From: Candidatus Hydrogenedentota bacterium
GTDB taxonomy: Bacteria; Hydrogenedentota; Hydrogenedentia; Hydrogenedentales; SLHB01
Length of the DNA stretch: 64,000 bases
Reading direction: 5' to 3'
Assembly (NCBI GenBank): GCA_963745075.1
Contig: CAVUWV010000011.1
Coordinates: 1-64,000 of the forward strand
Made by a program: the position numbers and the translations under genes. The notes beneath the pieces were generated by a model. That model worked only from the letters and a program-made list of their open reading frames with translations, was not told the origin of the DNA and made no database searches. Shown one piece after another: positions 10,174 through 21,148 of the stretch. How positions within the stretch are numbered: the first letter of the stretch is position 1; every line of letters starts with the position of its first letter.

Positions 10174-10716
10174 TTACCGGTACAAGCGATCCAACTCGCC
10201 GTACAACTCCAATAAACGTTCCCGCGAGATTTGCGGAATCATCTGCTGTCCCCCGACAAAGACGGCGTACGCAATCTCCGCCAATTGGCGGGCCCGTGCT
10301 GCGTCGCCGGTAATTTCCAATGCGATGCGTTCCAGATAGTCAATCCGCGCGGCATCGACCCGTTGCACGTAGGAGCGAACGAGGTCTGAACCCATGGCCC
10401 ACGCGCGCAGATTTAGTTCCAGTGGCGAGTCATATAGCGCGAGCGTCAATTGCGTGAGATGCCGCTGCTTGTTCTTGCTGGGCGCTTGACGGTCCGCCTC
10501 TTCGATGAGGCGGTGCGTCATTTCCCGCTCCCAATACTCGAGCAGAGCGTTGACGTATGCCCCGCGATCCCTGAAATGGTGGTAGAACGACCCCTTGGTG
10601 AGCCCAACTCGGCGCGTGAGTTCGTCAATCGTGAGACCGCCCGGCCCCATCTCTTCGAGGAGAAAGAGCCCGGCTTGGAGCCACGGGATTCGTTTATCTG
10701 GCGCCATGATTACCAT
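10174..10716 (-). CDS. TetR/AcrR family transcriptional regulator
   Basis: N-terminal HTH LTIDELTRRVGLTKGSFYHHFRDR; ~180 aa. Confidence 0.93.
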   Translation of the reverse strand: MVIMAPDKRIPWLQAGLFLLEEMGPGGLTIDELTRRVGLTKGSFYHHFRDRGAYVNALLEYWEREMTHRLIEEADRQAPSKNKQRHLTQLTLALYDSPLELNLRAWAMGSDLVRSYVQRVDAARIDYLERIALEITGDAARARQLAEIAYAVFVGGQQMIPQISRERLLELYGELDRLYR

Positions 10717-10734
10717 ACCATACGGTATGGTATG
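10714..10734. promoter_or_regulatory. Perfect palindrome, putative TetR operator
   Basis: CATACCATAC-G-GTATGGTATG (10-bp arms, 1-nt spacer) overlapping the TetR start, in the divergent TetR/tgt region. Confidence 0.75.
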
Positions 10735-10772
10735 CTAACTCCCGGCAAAAGTCAAGCCGGCTTTCCGCATAG

Positions 10773-12003
<1,231 letters not shown>

Positions 12004-12029
12004 CCATAGTCCGCGAAGGAGCATCAGTT

Positions 12030-12410
12030 GTGATTGAACGAAGCCTTGCCCTGTTGTATCAGGGGCTGTATCTGGCCCAAACCGAGGGCGCCCCTGCGGA
12101 GACCCCGCCCACGGACGCGACACCCAAAGCAGCCCCGACGCAAAGTCTTTGGTTCTTCTTCATCGCCTTCATGGCCATCATGTATTTCCTCATGATCCGT
12201 CCCAATCAGAAGCGCGAAAAGGAACGCCGCCAAATGCTCGCTGCGCTGGCCAAGGGTGACAAGGTGGTCACCAACGGGGGCATTTGCGGTATCATAGTTG
12301 GTTTGACCGAGAAATCGGTCGTCATCCGCGTGAGCGAAGAACCCCCGGTCAAGATGGAATTTCTTCGGGCGGCCGTTTCGCGCGTCGCGAAAGATGAGAA
12401 GGACGAATAA
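12030..12410 (+). CDS. yajC: Preprotein translocase subunit YajC
   Basis: FMAIMYFLMIRPNQKR...LAKGDKVVTNGGICG; AAGGAG RBS before GTG; lies between tgt and secD. Confidence 0.95.
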   Translation: MIERSLALLYQGLYLAQTEGAPAETPPTDATPKAAPTQSLWFFFIAFMAIMYFLMIRPNQKREKERRQMLAALAKGDKVVTNGGICGIIVGLTEKSVVIRVSEEPPVKMEFLRAAVSRVAKDEKDE

Positions 12411-12485
12411 CCGGGCCCACAAACGGCAGATCCGCCCGCGAGATCGTGAGACTGCCCGCCGGCAGGACACGCACTGGAGTCACGC

Positions 12486-15182
12486 ATGAGAAAGCATTTG
12501 GCACGAACGTTATTGATCTACGCGACCTTGATCCTTGCCGCCGTATACGTCTATCCGACGATTGGATGGATGACGCTGTCGCCGGCCGCACGGGAGCATC
12601 GCCTGAAAGTCTGGCGCCACCAAGACAGTCAGGTCGAGCGGCTGTCCTTCTGGCAAGAAACCGAGCGGAAGGTCCAACGCTGGGCGGAATGTGACCGGGA
12701 CATGGTGATCAACTTGGGGTTGGACTTGCAGGGTGGCGTGCAGATGGTCGTCGGCATCGACTACGACAAGCTCGATCCCGAGGTGCGGCAGCGCCGAATC
12801 GATCAAGGCTATACCGACACGCAGATCTTGGACGAGATGCAGCAGCAGGTGTTGCAGACCATCGAACGACGGGCCAACGAATTCGGCGCGAAGGAACCCA
12901 TCATTCAAACGATGGGGGATCGCCAAGTTCAGGTGCAACTACCCGGTGAAAAGGACATCCTGCGCGCCAAGGAACTCATTCTCAAGACCGCCTATTTGAC
13001 CTTCCACATCGTGTCGGGGCCTGACCTGACGGCTAAGGTATTCCGAGATATCGACGAACATTTCAATGGGGATTTATTGAAACGGCTGGAACGGCCCGCG
13101 CCGCAATCCGGCGGTGTGTTGCAAGTCCCTGCCGATCAAATCGAATACGTTCGCGATCTGATCGCCAAGGCCGAGAAGGTTCCGGGGTTGATTCCTGATG
13201 ACGTGATGGTGGCCTTTGGGCGTGCGCCGAAACCTTGGGAACCCCCCGCCTACGGTATTTACCTTTTGAACAAAGAGACGATTATGACCGGTGACGGGCT
13301 GACCAGTGCGGTGGCCCGTCCCGATGAGCAGTCCGCCGGGAATTGGCAGATTCTATTTGGTCTCGATACGGCCAGCGGCCGGATCTTCGGAGAGCAGACC
13401 GAGAAGAATCTCGGGAAACCGATGGCCATCGTAGTGGACGGCGTGGTCGAATCCGCTCCGGTTATTCGCGGCCAAATTACGACGAACGGAAGCATCACCG
13501 GCAAGTTCTCCCGCGAGGAAGCGCAGGATTTGGCGATCGCTCTGAACTCGGGTTCGTTGCCGGTGCCGATTGTGGAAGAACAGACCGGTGTTGTCGGGCC
13601 GAGGCTTGGCCAGGAATCCATTCAGAAGGGCATTTGGTCGGCCGTTATCGGCCTCGCCGTGGTCATGATCTTCATGATCGTGTACTACCACCTGGCCGGC
13701 CTCGTGGCGAACCTGGGACTGATGGTCAACGCCCTTCTGATCATCGGTGCGTTGGGTTACTTTGGGGCGACGCTGACATTGCCCGGTATCGCCGGTCTAA
13801 TTCTGACGATCGGTATGGCCGTGGATGCGAACGTACTGATCTTCGAGCGTATCCGCGAGGAATTGCGCAACGGGAAATCGCTGCTCGCCTCGATTGACGG
13901 CGGGTTTGCCAACGCGACATCGGCGATCATGGACTCGAACGTGACGACGTTGATTGCCGCGGGCGTACTACTTCAGTTCGGTTCGGGTCCCATCGAAGGG
14001 TTCGCCATCACGCTCGGTATCGGCGTGTGCTCGAGCGTGTTCACCGCCTTGATCGTGACGCGTGCAGTCTTTGACTTCCTGGGCGAAGGGAAGTGGATTT
14101 CAAATCTCACCATGTTGAGCATGATCCGGCCCGACACACGGATCCCGTTCCTGAACTACCGCCGGATTGGCGTGGTTTTTAGCCTCGTGACGATCGTGAT
14201 CGGCCTTGGCATTTTCGGAATGCGCGGCAACAAAAACTTCGGGGTCGACTTCACCACCGGCACCAACCTGGTATTGACCATGCAGTCGGACTCGCACATC
14301 ACGGTCGGGCAGCTTCGCGATTCATTGGAGAATTCGGGATTCGTCGAACCCACGGTGACGGCGTACGAAGAAGCCGACGTGGAACACCCCAACCGTTTCA
14401 TGATCCATTTGGGCGAAACGGGCACCCACGTCGAAGGGAGCACGGGCACGGCGGCGGAGAGCACCATCGCGGGCCGGGTTCAGAAGACGCTCGCACCCCT
14501 TGTTGGCGACGACGTGAACAACGTGCTAATCGACAAGGAAGATATGGTCGGTCCGACGGTCGGGCGGCAGTTGAAATGGGACGCGCTCAAAGCGATCCTT
14601 TATTCGATCGTCTTCATCGTCGCCTACCTCTGGTTCCGTTTCGAGCTGCGGTTCTCGGTAGGCGCCGTGGTGGCCCTTTTCCACGACGTTGCGATCACCT
14701 TGGGGCTGTTCGCGCTGACGGGGCGTCAGATTTCGCTTGCGGTGGTGGCCGCGATTTTGACGATTATCGGTTACTCATTGAACGATACGATCATCGTGTA
14801 TGACCGCATCCGAGAAGACATGAAACTTCTTCGCGGCCGCGGGTTGAGTGTGCTCGATATCATGAATCGAGGGATCAACGAGACCTTGAGCCGTACCTTA
14901 CTGACGAGCGGCACGACCATGTTCGTAGTCGTGGTGCTGTACTTCTTCGGTGGCGAGACCATTAACGACTTTGCGTTCGCCCTGATTGTGGGTATCGTCG
15001 TGGGTACGTATTCCTCGATTTTCATTGCGAGCCCGGTGGTGTATTACTGGAGCAAGTACAGCGGCGGGGCGTCCAAAGCTGCGGCAAAGTCGGACCAGGG
15101 ACCCTCGTCACGGCGGCGTAAAAAGAAGGGCAAGAAATCCGATTCGCAGGAAAATACCGATTCGGTCGAAAACCCAGCCTGA
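12486..15182 (+). CDS. secDF: Fused protein translocase subunit SecDF
   Basis: SecD motifs LGLDLQGG, LPGIAGLILTIGMAVDANVLIFERIREE, AIMDSNVTT; SecF motifs GVDFTTG, FHDV, IGYSLNDTIIVYDRIRE, GTYSSIFIASP. Confidence 0.96.
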   Translation: MRKHLARTLLIYATLILAAVYVYPTIGWMTLSPAAREHRLKVWRHQDSQVERLSFWQETERKVQRWAECDRDMVINLGLDLQGGVQMVVGIDYDKLDPEVRQRRIDQGYTDTQILDEMQQQVLQTIERRANEFGAKEPIIQTMGDRQVQVQLPGEKDILRAKELILKTAYLTFHIVSGPDLTAKVFRDIDEHFNGDLLKRLERPAPQSGGVLQVPADQIEYVRDLIAKAEKVPGLIPDDVMVAFGRAPKPWEPPAYGIYLLNKETIMTGDGLTSAVARPDEQSAGNWQILFGLDTASGRIFGEQTEKNLGKPMAIVVDGVVESAPVIRGQITTNGSITGKFSREEAQDLAIALNSGSLPVPIVEEQTGVVGPRLGQESIQKGIWSAVIGLAVVMIFMIVYYHLAGLVANLGLMVNALLIIGALGYFGATLTLPGIAGLILTIGMAVDANVLIFERIREELRNGKSLLASIDGGFANATSAIMDSNVTTLIAAGVLLQFGSGPIEGFAITLGIGVCSSVFTALIVTRAVFDFLGEGKWISNLTMLSMIRPDTRIPFLNYRRIGVVFSLVTIVIGLGIFGMRGNKNFGVDFTTGTNLVLTMQSDSHITVGQLRDSLENSGFVEPTVTAYEEADVEHPNRFMIHLGETGTHVEGSTGTAAESTIAGRVQKTLAPLVGDDVNNVLIDKEDMVGPTVGRQLKWDALKAILYSIVFIVAYLWFRFELRFSVGAVVALFHDVAITLGLFALTGRQISLAVVAAILTIIGYSLNDTIIVYDRIREDMKLLRGRGLSVLDIMNRGINETLSRTLLTSGTTMFVVVVLYFFGGETINDFAFALIVGIVVGTYSSIFIASPVVYYWSKYSGGASKAAAKSDQGPSSRRRKKKGKKSDSQENTDSVENPA

Positions 15183-15210
15183 TCCCATTCTGCATTCGTG
15201 TTTGATAAAT

Positions 15211-15250
15211 AGGGCGCCGGTCAAACAGGTCGGCGCCTTTTCTTCTTTTC
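15211..15250 (+). terminator. Rho-independent terminator after secDF
   Basis: GGCGCCGGTC-AAACA-GGTCGGCGCC followed by TTTTCTTCTTTT. Confidence 0.75.
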
Positions 15251-15267
15251 CAGACTTGGATTGGCGG

Positions 15268-16641
15268 TTACTCCCGGCGGACCCCGCTGGGGCGTCGCGC
15301 ATCGTCCCGAACGGGGTATTGCAGACTCCAAACCCTTGGGATTGCCTTCTCGTAGCGGTTTGCATACTCACGCAATCGCGCGACCACCTCGGGGCGCTGG
15401 CGTTGCAACGGGTTGCTTTCCTGGGGGTCCGTCTGCACATCGTACAATTCGGGATCCGCCAAGAGTTCGTCGCGATGTGCCAAATGGAGCTTCCACCGGC
15501 CGTCGCGAATTGCATTAACGCGTTGCAGGTACACCCAGACCAGGGGCGCCGACCGCTCAATCGAGCCCGTACCGGTTAGAACTGGCCAAATGTCCGTTCC
15601 GTCATAAGTTCGATCGGCCGGGACGTGTCCACCCGCCAGATGCACGAGCGTCGGGAAAACGTCCATCGCGGTGCACGGCGTGGCGTCTACGCGTCCGGCC
15701 GGAATCTTGTCCGGGTACCGTGCGATGAATGGGACGCGCAGACCGCCTTCGTAATGCTCTCGAATTCGCCCGCGCAGTTTCCCGGTATCGCCTTCGCGGA
15801 GCATGGGGCCGTTGTCGCTGCTGAAAACAACCAAGGTATTCTCCGCCAGCCCGGCGTCCTGGAGAGCCGTCAGTAGGCGTCCGACTTCGGCGTCCATGTA
15901 TTCCAACGCGTCACGATACAGGCTGTGATCCTCGTGACGGCGCTCCGGGGGTAGATTGAGCGGTGGATGGGGCAAGGTGTGATTGAAATAAACGAAGAAC
16001 GGCTCGTCGCGCGGCGCGGCTATCCAGGCGATGGCGTCGTCGTTAATGCGTTCCGTGACGTTCCGCACCTTGTTGCCGTCCAGGCGGTCGATAACCTTGT
16101 TATCCCGAATCAGCAGGGTGGGCAGCATATCCATGCTGTACGGAAGCCCGAGATAATGATCGAATCCTCGCTGGCACGGGAGGAACTCGGTACGGTCGCC
16201 CAAATGCCATTTGCCGAACGCGGCCGTAGCGTACCCGGCTTCGCGAAGCGCGGCGCCCAGCGTGATCTCGTCGGACGGAAGTCCGCTGGGGCTGTCGGGG
16301 CGCAACACATCAACCACGCCCGCGCGCCAGGGTTGTCGTCCGGTCAAGAGGGCGGCCCGTGACGGACTGCACACGCTGTGAGCGACGTAATACTCGGTAA
16401 GTCGCACGCCGTCGTGGGCGAGGGCGTCAATGTTCGGCGTATCGATGGAATCGTTTCCGTAACACGCTAGATCGGCATAGGCGAGGTTGTCTGCCCAAAT
16501 CCACACGATGTTCGGACGCCGGGAAGGTGGTGCGGCGTGGACCGCTTCGCCCGTTACGCTCGCAGCCAGACCGGCGGCAGTGACACTGAGGAAGTTTCGC
16601 CGAGTCCAGTCGCGGGCCGGAACGGATTCATTATCGGGCAT
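15268..16641 (-). CDS. Tat-exported formylglycine-dependent sulfatase (S1 family)
   Basis: Twin-arginine signal WTRRNFL; PNIVWIWADNL; CSPSRAALLTGR signature; GKWHLG; SSDNG. Confidence 0.93.
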   Translation of the reverse strand: MPDNESVPARDWTRRNFLSVTAAGLAASVTGEAVHAAPPSRRPNIVWIWADNLAYADLACYGNDSIDTPNIDALAHDGVRLTEYYVAHSVCSPSRAALLTGRQPWRAGVVDVLRPDSPSGLPSDEITLGAALREAGYATAAFGKWHLGDRTEFLPCQRGFDHYLGLPYSMDMLPTLLIRDNKVIDRLDGNKVRNVTERINDDAIAWIAAPRDEPFFVYFNHTLPHPPLNLPPERRHEDHSLYRDALEYMDAEVGRLLTALQDAGLAENTLVVFSSDNGPMLREGDTGKLRGRIREHYEGGLRVPFIARYPDKIPAGRVDATPCTAMDVFPTLVHLAGGHVPADRTYDGTDIWPVLTGTGSIERSAPLVWVYLQRVNAIRDGRWKLHLAHRDELLADPELYDVQTDPQESNPLQRQRPEVVARLREYANRYEKAIPRVWSLQYPVRDDARRPSGVRRE

Positions 16642-16687
16642 TGCTCCCCCCTATAATCGGATTGCGCCACGACGGTTCACCGCCCAA

Positions 16688-17275
16688 TCACGCATGAACG
16701 CTGTCGGGTTCAGTCTTCTCCGCGCGCGGAATCGAGAGTGTTTTCCGCAGCGTGTCGATTTGATTCCTGAGCCACTTCACATCCGGGTGATCGGGCTTAA
16801 TCTTCTTAACGATCTCGTACTGCTCTTCACACTTGTCGAGCGTCAACGCAATCGCCTGCCGCTTGTCGATATGGGCCATGTTCTGCGGCATATTCTCGAT
16901 GATTGTGAAAACAAGGTTCAAATAGATCTTGGCGAGATTGATGTGGCCGATCAGTTCGAAATAGGTCGCATTGAATCGCGGGATGGGACTGACCTTGCCT
17001 TGCCGTTCAAAGAGCGCGATGGCCGTCTGCAATTCCCCTTGCGCGATTCCCAGCCAGCGATTGTCTTTGGAGCCCATGTAGCAGGTACCGAGGTAGAAAT
17101 GGGCTCCCGCTTGATCCGGATGATCGAGGAGGTATTTCTTGAACGCGGCGATGGCATCGTCGTAATGCTGGTCCAGGTAGAGCGCTTCGCCTTTCGCGAA
17201 CAGGTCTTCCTGCTCGGATGGTTTCCCGCATGACGCGATGCACAAGCCTATCGCAACCACGCCCAGTAATCGCAT
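16688..17275 (-). CDS. TPR-repeat lipoprotein
   Basis: Lipobox MRLLGVVAIGLCIASC; TPR FAKGEALYLDQHYDDAIAAFKKYLLDHPDQAGAHFYLGTCY. Confidence 0.8.
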   Translation of the reverse strand: MRLLGVVAIGLCIASCGKPSEQEDLFAKGEALYLDQHYDDAIAAFKKYLLDHPDQAGAHFYLGTCYMGSKDNRWLGIAQGELQTAIALFERQGKVSPIPRFNATYFELIGHINLAKIYLNLVFTIIENMPQNMAHIDKRQAIALTLDKCEEQYEIVKKIKPDHPDVKWLRNQIDTLRKTLSIPRAEKTEPDSVHA

Positions 17276-17322
17276 CTGCAACCCTTTCGGTCGCCCGCGT
17301 AGCACGCTGGATAAGCCACCTT

Positions 17323-18723
17323 CTATTCCCCGGCCGACCCATTCTCCCAACGGGGCTGGATGCGGAAGAACCCGGTCCGCGCCCCCACACGGCAGAATAC
17401 GGCCACTTCGCTCGGTTTCTCTTTCGCGATTTGCTCGACGGCGGCTTTGTAGTCGTCGAGATTGGCGATCGGATGCCCGCCGAAATTCAGGATAATGACG
17501 CCGGGGATAATTTCTGCCAATGAGGCCCAGCCGCCGGACTTCACCCGGCGCACGATGACGCCTTGCGTGTCTTCGGACAGGTTGAGCAGGATGCGCACGT
17601 CGGTCGTAATTTCGCGCACGGTAAGGCCGAATACGGTGTCTTCATACTCGCCGGCATCCTTCGCCGATTTCGGGCGTTCCGCGAGTGTCACGGTCAGATC
17701 GACCGGTTCGCCGTTGCGCAGCACGGTAACCGGAACGGTTTGGCCGGCGCCCACATCACGCACGAGCTTGGTGAAACCGAGCACCTCCCGATCTTGTTTC
17801 GCTTTGACGCGTACGCCGTCGAAGCGAATGATGACGTTGCCCATGCGCAGACCCGCGTTGTCGGCGGGCGATCCGGGGATAGTCGTACCCACGACCACGC
17901 CGCCCTCTTGGGGCACGCCCCAGTATTCGGCCAGATCGTCGGTTAAGGGCTGCGTGAATACGCCGAGGAACGCGCCGTCCGATTCCGGCTTGTTTGTGTC
18001 TTCCGTGGGCGGGTGATCGATGTACCGCTCGAACAGCGCGGTTTGATAGACTAGGGGGTGTCCGCTTCGCACGTAGAGATCGCCGCCTTCCGAGGGGTTC
18101 AGATCGAATCCAACGACCCCCACGATGTCCCCGCGCGGATCGATCACCGGCGAGCCCACAAATCCAAAGAGCAACCGTTCATCGATGCAATAGGTGGTGC
18201 GCGGTTTGTCGATGATGGAACCGACGCGCCGCAGCAGGACCGAGCGGCTGAAATCGAGCGAATCCCCCAGGAGTCCGACCAGCATGAGGGGCTCGCCCAA
18301 CTCCAGCCTTCGATCGGTGAAATGAATGAAGGGGAATTGAACGGGCGTTTCCGTTTCGATCTGCACGAAGCAGACGTTCACGTCCTCAGGTTTGCGAAGG
18401 AGTTTGCCGTCGTATTCCTGCTGGTTATCCCCTTCGCCTACGGTAACCCGGATATTGAAGGGCTCGGAGTTTTCGACCTCCATATGACCATGGGCCATGA
18501 CGAGCCCGTCAGTCGACACAATCAAGCCGAGGGCGCGCGTGTTACGCCGCGAACTGCGGCCCGTATTGGGATTGGTGATTTCGGAAGAATACTTGACGAT
18601 ACACACCGCTGGTGTGACGCGATCGTACGCCGATTGGATGAACGACGCCTGCATCTCCTGGGCGCGAGCCGCTGTCTGTGCCAATAGCGCGGCGAGAATT
18701 ACAGCCAGTACCCGAGCCCTCAT
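17323..18723 (-). CDS. HtrA/DegP-like protein (trypsin fold plus 2 PDZ) with a degenerate catalytic triad
   Basis: Signal peptide; ALGLIVSTDGLVM; GFVGSPVIDPRGDIVGV replaces GNSGGPL; PDZ motifs AFLGVFTQ...GSPADNAGL and FGLTVRE. Confidence 0.85.
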   Translation of the reverse strand: MRARVLAVILAALLAQTAARAQEMQASFIQSAYDRVTPAVCIVKYSSEITNPNTGRSSRRNTRALGLIVSTDGLVMAHGHMEVENSEPFNIRVTVGEGDNQQEYDGKLLRKPEDVNVCFVQIETETPVQFPFIHFTDRRLELGEPLMLVGLLGDSLDFSRSVLLRRVGSIIDKPRTTYCIDERLLFGFVGSPVIDPRGDIVGVVGFDLNPSEGGDLYVRSGHPLVYQTALFERYIDHPPTEDTNKPESDGAFLGVFTQPLTDDLAEYWGVPQEGGVVVGTTIPGSPADNAGLRMGNVIIRFDGVRVKAKQDREVLGFTKLVRDVGAGQTVPVTVLRNGEPVDLTVTLAERPKSAKDAGEYEDTVFGLTVREITTDVRILLNLSEDTQGVIVRRVKSGGWASLAEIIPGVIILNFGGHPIANLDDYKAAVEQIAKEKPSEVAVFCRVGARTGFFRIQPRWENGSAGE

Positions 18724-20102
18724 TCTTGCATGCCTCCGTGTTCATCTGCCGGACTTTCGGCGTTGGTTTCAGTGGGCTCTCCGACTTCTTCTTGTTTGAT
18801 CAAGACATATCGAGTCAACGCGCCACGTTTAACGTTCAGTAATACCAGGCGCTGCTTGGATTCCACGCGCTGGTCGTAAAGTTCCTTAAATACGGCAAGA
18901 TTCGTGACCGGCTGATCGTCCACCTTTAGTATGATGTCGCCGTTGTTCAGGCCGGATTCCGCGGCAATTCCGCCGACTTGGGTGCCGGAAATAAAGACAC
19001 CCTCGTTCGAGAGCAGTTGCGCGTTTCGGATGATCGCGGGCGACAGTTCGGTCGCAGTGAATCCCCATTCCGCGAATTCCACTTCTTCACCCTTCAAGTC
19101 CTTGCGTTCGGCCGTCTTCAAGGGGATTTCGACGCGCTCATCGCCGCGGGCGACGACTGCCGTTACCGTCTCGCCGACGGGAAGCTCCGCAATCAACTCG
19201 CGGACTTTCGGCAATTCTTCGACATAACGGGCATCCGTCTTCTTTCCGTTGAGTGACAGGAGAATGTCTCCCGGTTTGATTCCGGAATCGGAAGCGGGCG
19301 AAAGGGGATCGATGTCGGCGATGATGACACCTTCCTGATTCGGGTTGTCTGTCCGGCTCGTGGTTTCCTGAAGTGTGAACCCAAGCCAACTGCGGCGCAC
19401 ACGGCCGTGCTCGACAATCTGTTCGAACACTCTGCGGGCCGTGGCCGCCGGGATGGCAAACCCAACGTTCTCCGCGCCGCCCAGCCGGCGTGCGTTAACG
19501 CCCACGACTTCGCCCTTGAGATTGACCAGCGGCCCGCCGCTATTGCCGGGATTGATCGCGGCGTCCGTCTGTATCCACGTGTTGTACGGCGAGACCATTT
19601 CGTCGCGATCGCCCAGGTAGCGGTCGGTAACGCTTACAATGCCCAACGAGACGGAACGCGCCAGTCCATGGGGGCTTCCCAGCGCCAGAACGATTTGGCC
19701 GGTTTTGGCTTTGGGGGCATTGGTGAAACGAACGAAGGGGAGGTTTTTACGGTCGGTTTTCAGCTTCAGGACGGCCAAATCCGTATACCGATCCGTGCCG
19801 ACGACCTCCGCGTCCACTTCCTCCTTGTCCCATAGCACGCAGCGGACCAAAGTACTTTCGCCGGCCACGTGTTCGTTGGTTACCACGTACCCGTCCGGCG
19901 AGACGATGAATCCGCTGCCGATGATGGAAATCTCTTCGCGTTTTCCGCCTTGGAACACTTCCTTGACCGGGCGGATATGCACGAGCGCGGGAGCAACCTT
20001 ATCTTTGGCCCGAATCACGGCGCGCTGCATGCCGGTACCGGTCGTCACACAGCCCATGACCAATATGGAGCATGCGGCGGCGATTAAAAATCTCTTGCTC
20101 AA
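18720..20102 (-). CDS. HtrA/DegP-family serine protease (lipoprotein, 2 PDZ)
   Basis: Lipobox ILVMGC; GSGFIVSPDGYVVTNEHV (His), TDLAVLK (Asp), IQTDAAINPGNSGGPLVN (Ser); two PDZ domains; TTG start with GGAG RBS. Confidence 0.93.
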   Translation of the reverse strand: MSKRFLIAAACSILVMGCVTTGTGMQRAVIRAKDKVAPALVHIRPVKEVFQGGKREEISIIGSGFIVSPDGYVVTNEHVAGESTLVRCVLWDKEEVDAEVVGTDRYTDLAVLKLKTDRKNLPFVRFTNAPKAKTGQIVLALGSPHGLARSVSLGIVSVTDRYLGDRDEMVSPYNTWIQTDAAINPGNSGGPLVNLKGEVVGVNARRLGGAENVGFAIPAATARRVFEQIVEHGRVRRSWLGFTLQETTSRTDNPNQEGVIIADIDPLSPASDSGIKPGDILLSLNGKKTDARYVEELPKVRELIAELPVGETVTAVVARGDERVEIPLKTAERKDLKGEEVEFAEWGFTATELSPAIIRNAQLLSNEGVFISGTQVGGIAAESGLNNGDIILKVDDQPVTNLAVFKELYDQRVESKQRLVLLNVKRGALTRYVLIKQEEVGEPTETNAESPADEHGGMQE

Positions 20103-20278
20103 TGCGTATCTCCCAAATTCGCTGTGGTTGCCCGGAAGTCCGGCATCCGCCCGGCGGCACCGCTAAGGGAAACGGGCCGCGCCAGCTTCCTATTCCGCAT
20201 GGGGTCCTGATCTCCGAGGAGGGACAACGTGCATTCGTGTATTCATGGCAAAGGCAAACCCTTGTCGAGATTGTCCGG

Positions 20279-21148
20279 TTATTCCGTTCGAAACCCTTGT
20301 CGTTCAAACCAATCCCGCAGGTCCTCGTTCCGCGTATCGAGCGTTTCCTGGTCGTACATGGCCTCGATCTTTCGGATTTGCTCGACGAGTTCGGGCCGCT
20401 CCTGGACGGTGGCATCCAATTGTTTCTCGAACTCCGCGCTCATCCGCTCCAATTCCTTCAGATTCAAATCCAGCGAGAGCATGGACGCCACCTTTTGGAC
20501 GGTCGTCTTGATGCATTTGGTGTTTTTGCCTTCCACATAGGTCGGTATTCCGGCTACGAGCGTCGTCAGGCCGAGACCCCGCTCTCGAGCGCGCGTGGTC
20601 AGATACGTAATGAAACTCGCTGGACCTTCGTATTCCGACGGCACGATGCCGTGCTCCTCCAGCCAGGGCAGCAGGTTGGAGTCCGACACGGAACCGAAGA
20701 ACCGGGGTTCCCGCGTGTGGGGTACGAGCCCGGCCACGCTTCCGATGAAATGGAGCATCGAAACGCCGCACGACTCCGCCACATGCAGGATACACTCGGC
20801 GTATTCCGGCCACGCCAGGTTCGGCTCTTTGCCCGTGAAGAGGACGAGATTCCGGTCGGGCGCGCAATAGAAGGCGTTTTCCGGTTCGTCAAAGTCCTCG
20901 ATCAGCCCGTTCGTAATCCGCACGTGGGGCCGGAACAGGGCGGTTACTTCCATGGAGCCGGGCATGTTGTAGATGTAAAACGGCGCGGGATTGATATCCG
21001 CAATGCGGTCCGCCCCGAGGGCGTCGACCAAGTAGTCGATCGTGCCGGTCGAGACGTCGCCACCGTCCATCCAGCCGGAAAATCCCATGACAAGACGGGC
21101 GCCAGGAAGCTTTGGCAGGTCATGAACTCGAAGATACTGCGATTCCAT
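20279..21148 (-). CDS. PAC2 (proteasome assembly chaperone 2) family protein
   Basis: LVMGFSGWMDGG, RPHVRITNG, GKEPNLAW, VPHTR, YEGPAS, plus a C-terminal coiled region (LVEQIRKIEAMYD). Confidence 0.88.
   Translation of the reverse strand: MESQYLRVHDLPKLPGARLVMGFSGWMDGGDVSTGTIDYLVDALGADRIADINPAPFYIYNMPGSMEVTALFRPHVRITNGLIEDFDEPENAFYCAPDRNLVLFTGKEPNLAWPEYAECILHVAESCGVSMLHFIGSVAGLVPHTREPRFFGSVSDSNLLPWLEEHGIVPSEYEGPASFITYLTTRARERGLGLTTLVAGIPTYVEGKNTKCIKTTVQKVASMLSLDLNLKELERMSAEFEKQLDATVQERPELVEQIRKIEAMYDQETLDTRNEDLRDWFERQGFRTE

Noticed and set aside
12486..15182. SecD-SecF fusion as a novelty
   Set aside because: Fused SecDF is common in many bacterial phyla.
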